This document shows, in pieces, positions 9,711 through 20,288 of a stretch of 46,510 nt of DNA (the stretch's first letter is position 1; every line of letters begins with the position of its first letter). The position numbers were made by a program, and so were the translations under genes. The DNA comes from an uncultured bacterium (GTDB taxonomy: Bacteria; UBP7; UBA6624). Below the pieces are notes generated by a model. The model had not been told where the DNA came from. It made no database searches and worked only from the letters and a program-made list of their open reading frames with translations. The stretch spans positions 1-46,510 of the forward strand of contig CAXGSM010000012.1 in NCBI GenBank assembly GCA_964012435.1. The letters are read 5' to 3'.

Positions 9711-10763
9711 TTGGAGACTCGATTCAAAAAACCACTACTAGATTGGTATCGTAAAAACTCAAGAAAACTGCCTTTTAGAGGTTCAAAAAACCCTTGGAAA
9801 ATTCTTGTTTCTGAAATTATGCTACAACAAACAACAATGGAAACAATACTGAATCGATATCCATTATTCATCAAGCAATTTCCAACAATTTCATCTCTTG
9901 CAAAAGCCACCGAGCAAGAAGCACTAAAAGCCTGGGAGGGTCTTGGTTACTACAGAAGAATCAAAAACCTTAGGAACACAGCCTTGATATGCTGCAAAAA
10001 GTTTAATGGAAAATTGCCAAAAAAATATTCCGAATTAATTCTTTTACCTGGAATAGGTGAATACACGGCAGCTGCAATTTCTTCAATTTGCCATAACGAA
10101 AAAAAAGCTGCAATTGATGGCAATGTAACAAGAGTCATTTCAAGGTTTTTTTCAGTAGAAGAAAATGTCAGCAAGAGTATAGGTGTAAAAAAAATAAAAA
10201 AATTAGCAAATAAAATTCTGAATTCAGAATCTCCTGGCGATCACAATCAAGCAATAATGGACTTAGGCTCAATGGTATGTACGCCAAAAAACCCCAAATG
10301 CCTCTCATGCCCCGTGTCTAAAAGCTGTAGTGGTTTCAATTCTGGCGATGCAACAAAATATCCCATAAAAAATAAAAAGAACAAATCTCCAGAGGTTGAT
10401 GTTGCAATAGCATCGATAAAAGAAAACGGCAAGATACTGCTTGTTCAAAGGCCAGCAGGAACCATGTTGGAAGGGTTATGGGAACTGCCTGGAGGGAAGG
10501 TTGAAAAAAATGAATCAATAAAGGAAGCTTGCGTGAGGGAGATAAAAGAGGAGACAGGCATGTCAATCAGGGTTGATCGAAAAATGGGAACGGTAAAACA
10601 TGCATATACACATCTAAAAGTTAGGCTTCATATATTTGAAGCATCTATTAAAGATCATAAAAAGAATGGCAGTAGAAGGCTAATATGGACAAATGTAAAT
10701 GAAATCGAGACACTGCCAATTCCTACAGGAACAAAAAAAGCTCTATCTATAATTAGAAAGTAA
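9711..10763 (+). CDS. mutY: A/G-specific adenine glycosylase with C-terminal MutT-like Nudix domain
   Basis: SEIMLQQT, WEGLGYY, LPGIGEYTAAA, DGNV, Fe-S motif C-x6-C-x2-C-x5-C, Nudix box. Confidence 0.95.
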   Translation: METRFKKPLLDWYRKNSRKLPFRGSKNPWKILVSEIMLQQTTMETILNRYPLFIKQFPTISSLAKATEQEALKAWEGLGYYRRIKNLRNTALICCKKFNGKLPKKYSELILLPGIGEYTAAAISSICHNEKKAAIDGNVTRVISRFFSVEENVSKSIGVKKIKKLANKILNSESPGDHNQAIMDLGSMVCTPKNPKCLSCPVSKSCSGFNSGDATKYPIKNKKNKSPEVDVAIASIKENGKILLVQRPAGTMLEGLWELPGGKVEKNESIKEACVREIKEETGMSIRVDRKMGTVKHAYTHLKVRLHIFEASIKDHKKNGSRRLIWTNVNEIETLPIPTGTKKALSIIRK

Positions 10764-11803
10764 TGATTTTTGTATATTTAATGGCTGGAGGTTCAGGGTC
10801 AAGATTATGGCCACTTTCAGAAACGCACCCAAAACCACTATTAAAACTTCTTCCTAACGGCGAAACGATCCTTGAAGAAACGATAAAAAGGATAGGCTCA
10901 CTAGAACAAGAAACAAAAATCATACTTGGCATTAACAGCAATCATGAAAAGCTCTTTAAAAACTTTTTAAAAAGAAAAAAAATTAAAAATATTGATTTAC
11001 TTGTTGAGCCTTGTGCAAGAGATACAGCAGCAGCAATAATATATTTTTCGTATTCTTTAAAAAATGGAGAGTATGGAGGCTCTGCTGAAAGCATTGTTTT
11101 AGCAACCCCATGCGACCAAGTGCTGGATGACAATAATATATTTGCGGATGCAGTTACATCCCTATTCAAGCGTGCTAATGAAAAAAAACTTATGACAATT
11201 GGTATTAAGCCTCATTTTGCAAGTACGCAGTACGGCTATATAAAAACTACAAAAGAAATAACGCCAAATACATTTGAGGTAGAAAAATTTATAGAAAAAC
11301 CAAATCAAAAAAATGCTGAACAATATATTAAAGATGGAATGTATTGGAATAGTGGTACTTTTTTATTTTCAGTTGAAAAAATAATCAAAAGCTCACAGGA
11401 TTTTTGTCCAGAAGTACTTGAGAAGGTTGAAGAAACGTTCGAAAAATCACAAAACAAAAAAGAGCCTGCTGCATGCTTTTCAGAAATTCCAAAAACATCC
11501 TTTGACTATGCTGTTGTAGAAAAAGAAGTAAATATCTGCATGTCAAAATGCGACACAAAATGGAGAGATCTTGGAAACTGGAAAGAAGTTGTTGATTTTT
11601 TTAAAGAAAAAGGAGAAATTAAAAATTTGAAATTTGAAGAATTTGTATCAAAAAATAATATTGCAATATCAGAAAAAAAAGTAATCTTCCTGGGGACTGA
11701 GGATTTAATAGTTATAGATGGTCCTGATGGAATACTGGTTGCCAATAAGGATTCTGCAGCTGAATTAAAAAAATACATCAAAAAAACTAAATCTGATATT
11801 TAA
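10763..11803 (+). CDS. manC: Mannose-1-phosphate guanylyltransferase (monofunctional, no PMI cupin)
   Basis: MAGGSGSRLWPLS, EPCARDTA, YGYI, FIEKP, WNSG, SFDYAVVEK, WRDLGNW. Confidence 0.9.
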   Translation: MIFVYLMAGGSGSRLWPLSETHPKPLLKLLPNGETILEETIKRIGSLEQETKIILGINSNHEKLFKNFLKRKKIKNIDLLVEPCARDTAAAIIYFSYSLKNGEYGGSAESIVLATPCDQVLDDNNIFADAVTSLFKRANEKKLMTIGIKPHFASTQYGYIKTTKEITPNTFEVEKFIEKPNQKNAEQYIKDGMYWNSGTFLFSVEKIIKSSQDFCPEVLEKVEETFEKSQNKKEPAACFSEIPKTSFDYAVVEKEVNICMSKCDTKWRDLGNWKEVVDFFKEKGEIKNLKFEEFVSKNNIAISEKKVIFLGTEDLIVIDGPDGILVANKDSAAELKKYIKKTKSDI

Positions 11804-11828
11804 GTTATAGAATTTCGGCTAGTTAAAA

Positions 11829-12758
11829 ATGGCAAATTGGTTAATTGTTGGAGGAACAGGAAGGGTCGGAAGACATCTTGTTAAAAGGTTGGCAATGCGT
11901 GGTGAACATGTTATCGTGTCCTCAAGATCTGTTCCTTTGGATAAATCAGAATGGGTACAAGGTGTTGAATTTGTACACAGTGGAGACCAAGACACCGGAA
12001 AGCCGTTTTTAGATGCATGGGAACAATCAGATGTAGTTGTTAATCTTGTTGGAGAAGATATTGCTCAAAAATGGACTCCAAAATCACAAAAGGAAATAAT
12101 GGATAGCAGAGTTAATTCCACTAAAATGATATCTTTCCTGTACCAATCATTAAAAAAGAGTCCAAAGACATGGATTAATGCAAGTGCTGTAGGCTATTAT
12201 GGGTCAACAGGTGATGCCGCAAGTGAAGACAGTGAAAGCGGAGATAACTGGCTTGCAGAAGTTTGTGAAGCCTGGGAAGGCGAGATCAAAGCGCCAAAAG
12301 AGGTAAAAACAATTACATTACGCATTGGCCCTGTTTTGCAAAAGGAAGCAGGTCCTTTCCCTAAAATGAATCTGCCTTATCTTGCTGGATTTGGAGCATG
12401 GCTTGGGTCTGGAAAACAATTTTTCCCCTGGATTCATGTTGACGATGTGGTAAATTCAATTATCTTTTTGGAGAAACATACAGAATCCTCAGACATATTT
12501 AATCTTGTTAGCCCTGAGGCAATAACACAAAAAGATTTTTGCATAGCACTAAATGAAGCCTATGGCAGGCCCAGATGGCAGATGCAACCACCAGTGGCAT
12601 CCATGATTGTGGGTCAAATAGTTAAAATAGCTCTTGGCAACATGGCTTCACTTTTGCTTGAAGGCAGGGAAGTTTCATCTCAAAAAATAGTTGATGCTGG
12701 TTACAAATTTAAATACCCTACAGCGTTACGAGCATGCAAATCACTATTAGCAAAATAA
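11829..12758 (+). CDS. TIGR01777/YfcH family NAD-dependent epimerase-like protein
   Basis: GGTGRVG, VVNLVGE, SRVNST, SAVGYYG, LAEVCEAWE, GSGKQFFPWIHVDD. Confidence 0.9.
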   Translation: MANWLIVGGTGRVGRHLVKRLAMRGEHVIVSSRSVPLDKSEWVQGVEFVHSGDQDTGKPFLDAWEQSDVVVNLVGEDIAQKWTPKSQKEIMDSRVNSTKMISFLYQSLKKSPKTWINASAVGYYGSTGDAASEDSESGDNWLAEVCEAWEGEIKAPKEVKTITLRIGPVLQKEAGPFPKMNLPYLAGFGAWLGSGKQFFPWIHVDDVVNSIIFLEKHTESSDIFNLVSPEAITQKDFCIALNEAYGRPRWQMQPPVASMIVGQIVKIALGNMASLLLEGREVSSQKIVDAGYKFKYPTALRACKSLLAK

Positions 12759-12765
12759 TTCCTCA

Positions 12766-13815
12766 ATGTTAAAAATTGGCATTATTGGTCTACCTGCAAG
12801 CGGAAAAACAACCTTGTATCAAACTTTAAAAAACAATAATCCGGACACGCATGGCAAAAATGGAGAAAGCATAACTACAACACCAATAGAAGATGCAAAA
12901 TTAGGTGAACTAGCTAAAATTTACAATCCAAAAAAGATAACAAAAACCAAAATTGAACTTTCTGATGGCCCGCCATCTTCGTCATCATCGATAAACACAA
13001 GAGAAGCAACAAGATTAAGAAACCTAAATTGTTTTTTTGCTGTATTAGATTTGTTCTCAATTGATAAAAAAACAAACATAATGAAAAATTTACATCAAGA
13101 CATCAACGCAATAATTGAAGAATTATGCTTACAGGACCTGCCTATTGTTGAATCCTCAATAGAAAAAATTTCCAAAGAAAGTAAAAAAGGGATAAATGCA
13201 AGATTTCAAGAATTAGAAACTCTAAAAAAGATTAATAAAGAGCTAAACCTTTCCAAACTGCCGGAAATTTCAGAGACTGAAAAAAATTTTGTTAAAGGTT
13301 ACCAATTCTTGTCCTTGAAGCCGATTCATTTCATTGTTAACATCCATGAAGATGATATAAGCTCTGATGAATTTATACAAATTGATGCTGGCGTAAGGGA
13401 AAAATGGCCTTATTTAAGTTTTGAACATGCATGCTTGGAACTAGAAAAAGATCTTCAAGATCTGGAAGAAGGTGAGAGGGGGATTTTTCTTGAGGAATAC
13501 AATTTAAATCAACCTGCTTCTGAAACGTTTTTGAAAAAAATCTTCATGATTACAGGAAGGCATTTCTTCTACACAGGGGGACCGACTGAAGTAAGAGCAT
13601 GGGATATTCCTGTAAATTCAACAATCCAAGAAGCCGCAGGTGCAATTCATAGAGATTTAGAAAAGAATTTTATTAAAGGTGATGTTTGGCCATCAGATAA
13701 AGTAATTGAGCTTGGGAGTGAATCTAATGCGAAAAAAGAAGGTTTTTGGAGCCTGCAGGGAAAAGATTACATTGTTAAAAATGGAGATCTTGTATTAATT
13801 AGGCACTCAGGCTAA
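12766..13815 (+). CDS. YchF-like Obg-family NTPase (divergent) with TGS/DUF933 domain
   Basis: GIIGLPASGKTT, FLSLKP, NIHE, EVRAW, AAGAIHRD, GKDYIVKNGD. Confidence 0.85.
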   Translation: MLKIGIIGLPASGKTTLYQTLKNNNPDTHGKNGESITTTPIEDAKLGELAKIYNPKKITKTKIELSDGPPSSSSSINTREATRLRNLNCFFAVLDLFSIDKKTNIMKNLHQDINAIIEELCLQDLPIVESSIEKISKESKKGINARFQELETLKKINKELNLSKLPEISETEKNFVKGYQFLSLKPIHFIVNIHEDDISSDEFIQIDAGVREKWPYLSFEHACLELEKDLQDLEEGERGIFLEEYNLNQPASETFLKKIFMITGRHFFYTGGPTEVRAWDIPVNSTIQEAAGAIHRDLEKNFIKGDVWPSDKVIELGSESNAKKEGFWSLQGKDYIVKNGDLVLIRHSG

Positions 13816-14351
13816 TTCTCAATATTCCAAATACCCTTCTCTTCTCCTCCATTCTTTCTAGCAAGAATAAATAAATAATCAGAAAGCCTATTCAGATATT
13901 TACCAATTATTAAATTTACAGATTCAGAATCAGACAAAAGCCAAAAAGATCGTTCAGCTCTTCTTGCAACACATCTAGCTAGATGCAAAAAAGCAGAAGG
14001 TGCTGGCCCTCCAGGAAGAATGAAATTCTCCAAAGGTGGCAAATCTTCACTGGCGATGTCAATATTTTTTTCTAACATTTTTAACTTTTCTTCTGAAAAT
14101 ACAAAACGCTTATTTTTAGATTCAGGGAAACATAAATCACCACCTATGTCAAAAAGATCATTTTGAATTTTTTCAAGATACTCCTTCGGCTTAGCGTCTA
14201 AACTTATACAAACACCAATAAATGAATTTAACTCATCAACTTCACCATAAGCTACGACTCTAAGATCATGTTTACTAACCCTTTTGCCATCACCCAAGCC
14301 AGTCTCTCCACTATCTCCTTGTTTTGTTACTATTTTAGAAATTCTTGCCAT
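13812..14351 (-). CDS. ATP:cob(I)alamin adenosyltransferase, PduO type
   Basis: TKQGDSGET, AYGEVDELNS, FILPGG, RRAER, YLNRLSDYLF; ATG at 14351 behind GGAGGT. Confidence 0.93.
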   Translation of the reverse strand: MARISKIVTKQGDSGETGLGDGKRVSKHDLRVVAYGEVDELNSFIGVCISLDAKPKEYLEKIQNDLFDIGGDLCFPESKNKRFVFSEEKLKMLEKNIDIASEDLPPLENFILPGGPAPSAFLHLARCVARRAERSFWLLSDSESVNLIIGKYLNRLSDYLFILARKNGGEEKGIWNIEN

Positions 14352-14358
14352 TTTATTG

Positions 14359-15270
14359 TTACCTCCCAAAAATTGCCCTTATGAAAAACATCAAATTAGC
14401 AGGCCTTTCTGCAAGCCTGCGCATGAAGTATGGATACCAGCTCTTTCCAAAAGGGATATAAATCCTTAAATTCCAGCCACTTTCTATAATTTTCCTCTGT
14501 AATTGAGTATTGACACCATAAAGCATCTGAAACTCAAATTTATCTTTAGTTATATTTTCTTTTTTAACAATTTTTAAAATTTCATCAACTATAAAAGGAT
14601 CATGTGTAGCAAATTCAGGATAACCACCGGGCTTTAAGCCTTTTTTTAAAAACAATTTAGCAAGATCCATATAAGAACTATTTATATCACTTCTGTCCTG
14701 AAAAGCAAATTCAGATGGTTCGTTGTATGCTCCTTTACAAATCCTTGCCCTTAATCCGTCACTCAAAAGGCTCTTTAGGTCATTCTTAGTTCTTTTGAGG
14801 TAGGCCTGCAAACAAATCCCCAAATTTAAATCCTTTTTGACTGATTTAAAAACAGACAAAGTGTCATCTATGGTTTTGCTATCCTCCATATCAACTGTAA
14901 TTTTGACTTGTTTGGAAGTGCCCTCTTTGTAAACTTTAATCAAATTCTTTTTAAATAAATCTTTACTTACCGACAGGCCTAATTGTGTTGGCTTTAAACC
15001 TACCCAAAGATCCTTCTCTTCTTCACAGGCTTGAATCATTGAGGTTATTTCCAACAAAGCCATTTTTGTTTTTTGCTCATCGCCACTTTCGCCAAGCAGG
15101 TCAAGTATTGCATCAAAGCCGGCTTCTCTCAAGTGTCTAGCGGCTCTGATTCCTTGCTTAAGTGTATCTCCAGCTATAAATCTCTTTATCACCTTTTTGG
15201 TTAAAGGAAAGCCTCTGAAAAAAGACTCTGCTGATTTTGATTCAGACAAATAAATTAAAAAATTTCTCAA
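14359..15270 (-). CDS. Monofunctional proline dehydrogenase
   Basis: RFIAG, LDLLGE, DME, QAYLKRT, KGAY, ATHD, EFQMLYG, YFMRRLAERPAN. Confidence 0.95.
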   Translation of the reverse strand: MRNFLIYLSESKSAESFFRGFPLTKKVIKRFIAGDTLKQGIRAARHLREAGFDAILDLLGESGDEQKTKMALLEITSMIQACEEEKDLWVGLKPTQLGLSVSKDLFKKNLIKVYKEGTSKQVKITVDMEDSKTIDDTLSVFKSVKKDLNLGICLQAYLKRTKNDLKSLLSDGLRARICKGAYNEPSEFAFQDRSDINSSYMDLAKLFLKKGLKPGGYPEFATHDPFIVDEILKIVKKENITKDKFEFQMLYGVNTQLQRKIIESGWNLRIYIPFGKSWYPYFMRRLAERPANLMFFIRAIFGR

Positions 15271-15273
15271 GAA

Positions 15274-15993
15274 TCAATCCTCCCAACCAAAAGCAAGCTC
15301 ATAAATTGTTTCTACTGGAAGATTCCTTGCCTCATCTCTAATCGTTATAGTAAACATTTTCCAGTTTTTACTATTGTTAGTTTTCATCCAAAAAGACCAG
15401 TCCAAAGCGCTTTCTCTAGATGTCTGCAAGGAGGTTTTTGCAAAATGCTCCAGCCTTAAACCGTAATCATATTCATAACTCCAAACAGTCTCCAAGCCCA
15501 AATGCCAAATATTTTTAATCTCTGAATTATTTACATGAGTCTCGTATGAAAAACCTGAACCCCAATAAAAAGGACTAGCAAATAAAAAATCATCTGAAAA
15601 ACCTCCTGTTCTTGAGGAAAGCCCCCATGACATAGAATCATTTTCACTGACGGGAAGTCCAAGCTTTAAAGACCAATCAGGAAATCCTATTTCATTTTCT
15701 TTTTTATATCCAGATCTATAAAAAAAATTCAATGGTCCTTCTTCAGCATCCCAGCCACCAACTGAATTAACACCTGTCACACCAAGCAAAAAACCCCAAG
15801 AGGCATTCCCGTCAAGATGATAGTGAGAATTCAAATAAATCATTGATTCGGGGTTTGACTGACCTTTAGGTTCAGAATACATCAAAACTATTTTCCCTTG
15901 ATTTGTTTCTGGGTTGGAGGGAATCCAGTGTGAACCTTTTGCGCTTGGCAATCCTGAGATGAAAACGAATAACAAGCTAACCAAATTAACCAT
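15274..15993 (-). CDS. Hypothetical exported, Trp-rich protein
   Basis: 239-aa ORF filling the gap, hydrophobic N-terminus, no recognised motif. Confidence 0.6.
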   Translation of the reverse strand: MVNLVSLLFVFISGLPSAKGSHWIPSNPETNQGKIVLMYSEPKGQSNPESMIYLNSHYHLDGNASWGFLLGVTGVNSVGGWDAEEGPLNFFYRSGYKKENEIGFPDWSLKLGLPVSENDSMSWGLSSRTGGFSDDFLFASPFYWGSGFSYETHVNNSEIKNIWHLGLETVWSYEYDYGLRLEHFAKTSLQTSRESALDWSFWMKTNNSKNWKMFTITIRDEARNLPVETIYELAFGWED

Positions 15994-16066
15994 AGTCTAA
16001 TTTTATTTTTAAATTCTAGATTTTTTTTTAGATAAGGTTTATATCTGATTAATTACAATAACATAT

Positions 16067-17311
16067 ATGCCCAAATATCAAAAACCAAAAGGTACTAGAG
16101 ATCTTGATGAAGATATAACGTTTAAATTCGAAGTAATTAGAAGTTTGTTTTTAGCAATCTCTAGATTTTTAGACTACAGTCATGTTGAAATCCCAATATT
16201 TGAAAAAACAGAGCTGTTTGAGCGATCTACAGGTGAATCAAGTGAGATTGTCACCAAGCAAATGTATAAATTTCAAGATAAAAAAAATAGAGAACTTGCT
16301 CTTCGACCCGAGGGAACTCCTGGCTTGATAAGGGCTGCAATAGAAAACAATTGGCTCAACAATCACAATGGTGATAAATTTTCTTATTTTGGACCTTTCT
16401 TCAGGTATGAAAGGCCTCAAAAAGGTAGATACAGACAATTTTTTCAATTAGGTGCTGAATCGACTGGATCAAACAATGTTGAATCAGATGCTGAATCAAT
16501 ATACTTTCTTTCATTCCTTTTAAAAGAGCTTGAAATCAAACATGTGATTAAGCTTAATTCACTAGGCGAACAAGAGGAAAGATTGCGTTATGTTGAATCT
16601 TTACAACAATGGCTGACAAATAATAAGACAAAAATTGCAGAAGAAGATTGCATCAATATAGAAAAAAATCCTTTAAGAATACTGGATAGCAAAAAACCTG
16701 CAACCGTAGAGGGCATCAAGAAAGCACCAAGAATTCATGAATTCTGGAGTAAAGAAACATCCAACAGATTCAAGCAATTAACAAATTTGCTTGAAGTTGC
16801 GAGTGTCAATTATCAAGTTGATGAATTTTTAGTAAGAGGGCTTGATTATTACACTTCAACAGTGTTTGAAGCCTCAGGCCATGATGGTGCTCAAGATGCG
16901 TACGGAGGCGGTGGAAGATACAATAATTTAATTTCTGAACTGGGTGGTAAAAATATTCCTGCGATTGGGTTTGCTTGCGGTGTTGACAGAATTGCATCTG
17001 CATTAAAGGTTGACCAAATAAAACCTTTTTGTATTTTTGTTCCGCTTGGTGAGAAATGTCGTGAAAAAGCTTTTGGCATTATTTCAAAAATGTGGTCTAG
17101 CAGCATTTCTGTAAAACCATATTGGAATGAATCTAATTTGGGCAAAGCTCTAAAGAGAGCAAATTCTGTTGGATCAAAGTATGTGATAGTTTTTGGAACA
17201 AAAGAAATGCAAAACAATACACTACTTGTAAAAAACATGAAAAATGGTGACCAAAAAGAAATACCGCTGAATATACCAAGCATAATTTCAGCATTAGGAT
17301 TGGACGAATGA
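16067..17311 (+). CDS. hisS: Histidine--tRNA ligase
   Basis: [39 protein letters not shown]. Confidence 0.98.
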   Translation: MPKYQKPKGTRDLDEDITFKFEVIRSLFLAISRFLDYSHVEIPIFEKTELFERSTGESSEIVTKQMYKFQDKKNRELALRPEGTPGLIRAAIENNWLNNHNGDKFSYFGPFFRYERPQKGRYRQFFQLGAESTGSNNVESDAESIYFLSFLLKELEIKHVIKLNSLGEQEERLRYVESLQQWLTNNKTKIAEEDCINIEKNPLRILDSKKPATVEGIKKAPRIHEFWSKETSNRFKQLTNLLEVASVNYQVDEFLVRGLDYYTSTVFEASGHDGAQDAYGGGGRYNNLISELGGKNIPAIGFACGVDRIASALKVDQIKPFCIFVPLGEKCREKAFGIISKMWSSSISVKPYWNESNLGKALKRANSVGSKYVIVFGTKEMQNNTLLVKNMKNGDQKEIPLNIPSIISALGLDE

Positions 17312-19023
17312 AAAAAACATATATATCTGAAATTAATCTTGCTAACATTAATGAAACAGTCATGCTGAAAGGCTGGGTGCATGCAATAAGAGATTTTGGT
17401 GGAAAAACCTTTTTTGACCTTAGGGATTCAACTGGAATAATGCAAGTTATTATGGATTCAGAAATAACCAAGCTTAAAAAAGAATGGGTGGTCGAGGTTG
17501 TAGGAAAGATTTCAAAAAGATTGCAAATAAATGAAAAAATTAAGTCTGGAAATGTTGAGATAACCGAAAGCAAAATAACAATACTTAATGAAGCTGAAAC
17601 ACCGCCTATATATGTTGATAAAGATGATGATGAACCTGATGAAATTAGATACAAATATAGATATCTTGACCTTAGAAGGCCTCACAGAAACAAGATACTG
17701 AAAATTAGACACAAGGTGATTCAGGCAATTCGAGAGATCTTAAATGGTGAAGGTTTTACAGAAATCGAAACACCCCTTTTGACAAGATCTACGCCTGAAG
17801 GTGCAAGAGACTTTATTGTCCCCAGCAGATTGCATAAAAAGAATTGGTATGCACTGCCCCAAAGCCCACAGCTATTTAAACAGATACTAATGGGTAGTGG
17901 AGTCGATAAATATTATCAAATTGCAAAATGCTTTAGGGATGAAGACTTAAGAGGCAATCGTCAACCCGAATTCACACAATTAGATTTTGAAATGGCTTTT
18001 ACTGATGAAAATGAAATATTTTCGATAAGCGAAAAAGTATTTGAAAATATCTTTGAAAAGGCACAAGGTGAAAAAATTACGACTCCTTTTTTCAGAATGA
18101 CATACGAGGAGGCAATAAAAAATTATGGTATAGACAAGCCAGACATGCGATATGAAGCTCCAATAAAAAATCTTTCAGATATCCTTGTTAAAAATGGTAT
18201 TAAATTTATTGACAACACGATTGATGCTGGCGGTGAGATTCTTGGAGTATGTATTGAAAATTTCTTTCCATCCAGAAAAGAAATATCGAATCTAGAAAAA
18301 ATTGCACAAAAATTCAATATACCAGGATTGGCATTTGCAACTAAAAAAGATGGTGTGTGGAATGGTGGAATAACCAAGATCACCAATGAGGAAATACTAA
18401 ATAAAAGTGTTTCAAAATTTGGCAAAAAGGATAATTGCACTTTGTTGATTATTGCTGACTCAAGTATGGAAAATCTTTACGGTTACCATGCTTTTGGAGC
18501 AATCCATAGACATTTGAGGGATTCTGGAATGCTTGTCAAAAATAGTGATAAATATGCTTTTTGCTGGGTTACAGATTTTCCTTTATTTGAAAAAACTGAT
18601 AATGGAATAACTGCAGCCCATCATCCATTCACACTACCTTTTAATGAGCATATAGAAAAAATTGATAATGAACCCTTGAAGGTTCTTTCGCATGCTTATG
18701 ACCTTGTCATGAATGGAGAAGAAATCGCAAGTGGTTCAATAAGATGCCACGATAGAAATTTACAGCTAAAAATCCTAGAGTCTATAGGTTATTCTCAATC
18801 TGAGATTGAAGAAAGGTTTGATTTCTTCTTGGAAATGATGAAGTATGGCTTACCGCCTCATGGAGGGCTTGCTCCTGGGATAGACAGGATTGTTATGATT
18901 CTTGCTGGATCATCTAGCATAAGGGATGTTATTGCTTTTCCAAAATCAACAGGAGGAACCTGTTTTCTGACCGGCGCGCCAGGAAAAGCCGACCCACAAA
19001 GCTTAAAGGATCTTGAAATTTAA
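17308..19023 (+). CDS. aspS: Aspartate--tRNA ligase
   Basis: [56 protein letters not shown]. Confidence 0.98.
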   Translation: MKKTYISEINLANINETVMLKGWVHAIRDFGGKTFFDLRDSTGIMQVIMDSEITKLKKEWVVEVVGKISKRLQINEKIKSGNVEITESKITILNEAETPPIYVDKDDDEPDEIRYKYRYLDLRRPHRNKILKIRHKVIQAIREILNGEGFTEIETPLLTRSTPEGARDFIVPSRLHKKNWYALPQSPQLFKQILMGSGVDKYYQIAKCFRDEDLRGNRQPEFTQLDFEMAFTDENEIFSISEKVFENIFEKAQGEKITTPFFRMTYEEAIKNYGIDKPDMRYEAPIKNLSDILVKNGIKFIDNTIDAGGEILGVCIENFFPSRKEISNLEKIAQKFNIPGLAFATKKDGVWNGGITKITNEEILNKSVSKFGKKDNCTLLIIADSSMENLYGYHAFGAIHRHLRDSGMLVKNSDKYAFCWVTDFPLFEKTDNGITAAHHPFTLPFNEHIEKIDNEPLKVLSHAYDLVMNGEEIASGSIRCHDRNLQLKILESIGYSQSEIEERFDFFLEMMKYGLPPHGGLAPGIDRIVMILAGSSSIRDVIAFPKSTGGTCFLTGAPGKADPQSLKDLEI

Positions 19024-19973
19024 TGAATGCTATTCCATTTTTTGATTTTCATTGTGACTCCTTAACCAAAGGTGGATATAAAAAATTAATAAAAAACGAC
19101 AACATGCATTGGTCTTTGCCTAGATTTATTCAAGGTGGAGGTCAATTACAGGTTCATGCAATATTCACACCTCCAGAATACAAAAAGGGTGATGCGACAA
19201 TGTTTGCAATGAAATATGCATCTGAATGGCAAAAATTTCTAGAAGAAACTAATGTTACTGCAGTGAGGAACAAAGAAGACCTTGATGAAAAAGGCCCTTT
19301 TTCCGTTCTTTCTTTAGAGGATGCCTCTCCTCTTGCCGGAAACATTGAAGCATTGGATATGTTTTTTGATTTAGGTGTCCGATTGATAACCCTTGTTTGG
19401 TCATGTGATAATGAAGTTGGAAGAGGGGTAATACATGGTCAAGGCCCAGCAATAACAAAATTCGGCAAAGATTTGATTAAAAAAATGAATGAAAAAAATG
19501 TAATTGTTGATTTGTCTCATGCAAGTGATGAACTTTTTTGGGAAGCTGTAAAAATATCAGATAAACCAGTTGTGGCAAGTCATAGCAACTCTAGAAAATT
19601 TAGAAATCATCCAAGAAACTTAACTGATGATCAAATAAAAGAAATCTCAAATTGCAATGGAATAATTGGATTGGTTTATGTGCCTAATTTTGTAGGAGAC
19701 CCACCAAAAGGAACTGCAGATGAATGGGATTTTGAATTAAAGAATGGAGCTGAAATATTGGCTAAACATGCTGCGCATATAGCTGAAATCTCAAAAGTCG
19801 AAACTGTTGTTTTGGGAAGTGATTTTGATGGAACTAATTCACCCGTTGTTGAAGAGGTCTCAAAAACTCAAATAATGGCTGAAGAATTAAAAAAAGTTGG
19901 TTTTTCTGACAGTGATATAGAAAAAATATTTTACAAAAATGCAAAGAAATTTCTTTTAAAAAACCTTCCCTGA
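19023..19973 (+). CDS. Membrane dipeptidase family (M19) protein
   Basis: DFHCD, LSLE, VDLSH, ASHSN, HPRNLTD, GSDFDG. Confidence 0.92.
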   Translation: MNAIPFFDFHCDSLTKGGYKKLIKNDNMHWSLPRFIQGGGQLQVHAIFTPPEYKKGDATMFAMKYASEWQKFLEETNVTAVRNKEDLDEKGPFSVLSLEDASPLAGNIEALDMFFDLGVRLITLVWSCDNEVGRGVIHGQGPAITKFGKDLIKKMNEKNVIVDLSHASDELFWEAVKISDKPVVASHSNSRKFRNHPRNLTDDQIKEISNCNGIIGLVYVPNFVGDPPKGTADEWDFELKNGAEILAKHAAHIAEISKVETVVLGSDFDGTNSPVVEEVSKTQIMAEELKKVGFSDSDIEKIFYKNAKKFLLKNLP

Positions 19974-20288
19974 TCAGCCGCAGCGATTACGTATCCCATA
20001 ACCACCCTTAGGGTAAACCCATAATATATGGTCAGGACATAATATTTGGCATGTTCCACATTCGATACAATTTTCAAAATCTATATCCAGGTTTCCACTG
20101 TCTTGATTTTTTGTATAAACCTTTGCAGGGCATGTCCATTGTAGCGGGTTGAGAACTTCCCATTCTTTTGGATCGCCAATACATGTAATATGCGTTTCAT
20201 GATTATGGTCATAATTGATAGTAAACAGTTTATCTTCTATGGAAACAGTTTCAGTTACTGAGTTTTTTTTATCAGACGAATCCTTCAT
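19974..20288 (-). CDS. fixX: Ferredoxin-like protein FixX
   Basis: CPAKVY, CIECGTCQILC, WVYPKGGYG; directly after fixC. Confidence 0.88.
   Translation of the reverse strand: MKDSSDKKNSVTETVSIEDKLFTINYDHNHETHITCIGDPKEWEVLNPLQWTCPAKVYTKNQDSGNLDIDFENCIECGTCQILCPDHILWVYPKGGYGIRNRCG

Noticed and set aside
10763..12758. manC plus epimerase-like gene as a polysaccharide locus
   Set aside because: No glycosyltransferases, flippase or polymerase nearby; TIGR01777 is a common stand-alone gene.
17308..17600. Discriminating versus non-discriminating AspRS
   Set aside because: The diagnostic position reads RDFGG (neither RDHGG nor RDLG), so it cannot be called by eye.
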